This document shows positions 63,001 to 64,000 of a stretch of DNA of 64,000 bases, one piece after another. The notes under the pieces are model-generated. The model saw only the letters and a program-made list of their open reading frames with translations, was not told the origin of the DNA and ran no database searches. A program made the position numbers and the translations under genes. Where the stretch lies: positions 15,821,208-15,885,207 of the forward strand of contig OU015568.1 in NCBI GenBank assembly GCA_907165135.1, given 5' to 3'. The stretch comes from Oikopleura dioica. Taxonomy: Eukaryota; Animalia; Chordata. Every line of letters starts with the position of its first letter. The first letter of the stretch is position 1.

Positions 63001-63684
63001 GAAAAAAATAACAAAATTGCCAATTTACCTTCGATCGAAAATTTGAGACTGGCAAATTGTCATCTTCTTCATCCGCCGGTTCCGATTTAACTTTCTCTAG
63101 CTCCATTTGCTGTTCTCTAAGAGCAATAAGATCCGAAAGTCTCTCATCGTCATGTGCGTCGTTTTCTCTATTTTTAATAATACGCAGGCTGCTTTGCACT
63201 TGCGTCTCTATCTGATTTTGCTCTGACTCGGCTTCAACGACTTTTGGCTTCTTTTTTGCTCCGGGCTGACTTTCCATTCTGCTCGCCGGAACTCGCCGTT
63301 TCGAAAATAGCTTCGCGTGGAGATGGCTGGCCAGAGTTGGAAGACCAGGATTGAATGTTTTTGACGCGCTGTTGCATTCGAATATTAGTTGATCAAGGGA
63401 AATCTTCTTTTCTACAAGAAAACTCAGTTAGATCTACCGAAATTGCCGAATTTACCTTCGGTGTGAATATCTTCAAGCCTGACATCTTCTTCCTCTCGGT
63501 GATAAAGAAGCCCGTCAGAGCTCGAAGTGTCCCTGAGAACGAGGTATTTCTCCTTGACCTCGACGATCTTTCTCCGATGAATCGTTCGAACGCGGACGTA
63601 CTCATTCAATTCTTCATCAGAAATACTCGGAGGGGTAAGAACTTCTTGGGGAGGCGTCAAAGTCTCCTCGGCGATGGTTTCCAT
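60047..63684 (-). CDS. TP53BP1: Compact 53BP1-like protein (oligomerisation domain, Tudor, tandem BRCT)
   Basis: OD-like VRVRTIHRRKIVEVKEKYLV; Tudor VGSLVWAKF...FYPALIK...YQ/VVYLDAD..KSHVLLL; BRCT ends PIVSIEWLEKCL and VTLNWFITCIEQKRRI. Start codon tentative. Confidence 0.7.
60228..61163. mobile_element. hAT-type palindromic MITE, 936 bp, in the last intron of the 53BP1-like gene
   Basis: TIR TAGGGTAAATCACTAATATT; exact 8-bp TSD ATGATGGC at 60220-60227 and 61164-61171; arms complementary almost to the centre (~60690). Confidence 0.95.
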
Positions 63685-64000
63685 TTTTTAAATACCGAAT
63701 ATCGACTTAAAGTATCTGAAACAGGGCCAGTCAGTTTCGAATTTATTCCATTTTGAGTCGTCTTGATAATTGAAAGTGTGAATACTTTTTTCAAAGTGTT
63801 AAAAGTTTTCAGTGGTGTTGCACTGTTGTTGAAAGCAATAAAGCAGGTATGGGGATATAAAAACTGACATCGATAAAGAGAAAAAAAGATGAAGAGGAGG
63901 GACATAGAACGAAACATCGAAAACCTAAATTGGGGAAAAAAAAAGAAATAAAAAATTCATCATAAGTTTCGACTGGTTGGACCAGAATTCTTTTTGATAT

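Overview
Eukaryotic, gene-dense window with many ~40-50 nt GT-AG introns and very short intergenic gaps. This architecture plus the transposon content points to a larvacean tunicate, most likely Oikopleura dioica (inference, not database-confirmed). Genes recognised: FoxD, PP2A B56 subunit, a stand-alone DUF2439 protein, a class-3 lipase, a kinase fused to a papain-like peptidase, a tandem-DH FGD-like RhoGEF, an amino-acid transporter, KLHL2/3, SNRPA1, BBS2, KRR1, INCENP, SGTA, MED17, an orphan gene, NUP205 and a compact 53BP1-like gene. Mobile DNA is abundant and recent. There are six hAT-type MITEs with 8-bp target-site duplications (five exact, one imperfect), a 2.9-kb Foldback/Mutator-like element with a 9-bp TSD, a 3.7-kb hAT transposon inserted in the INCENP IN-box exon, and a rearranged Ty3/gypsy-like LTR element carrying a non-env accessory ORF. 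The strongest leads are: (1) the kinase-papain fusion with papain-exact catalytic spacing; (2) an exonic MITE whose ends form a clean in-frame GT-AG intron; (3) the hAT insertion in INCENP; (4) the retrotransposon ORF with GW/WG and RGG motifs. All exon structures and domain calls were made by eye; no searches were run. No rRNA, tRNA or CRISPR features were found.
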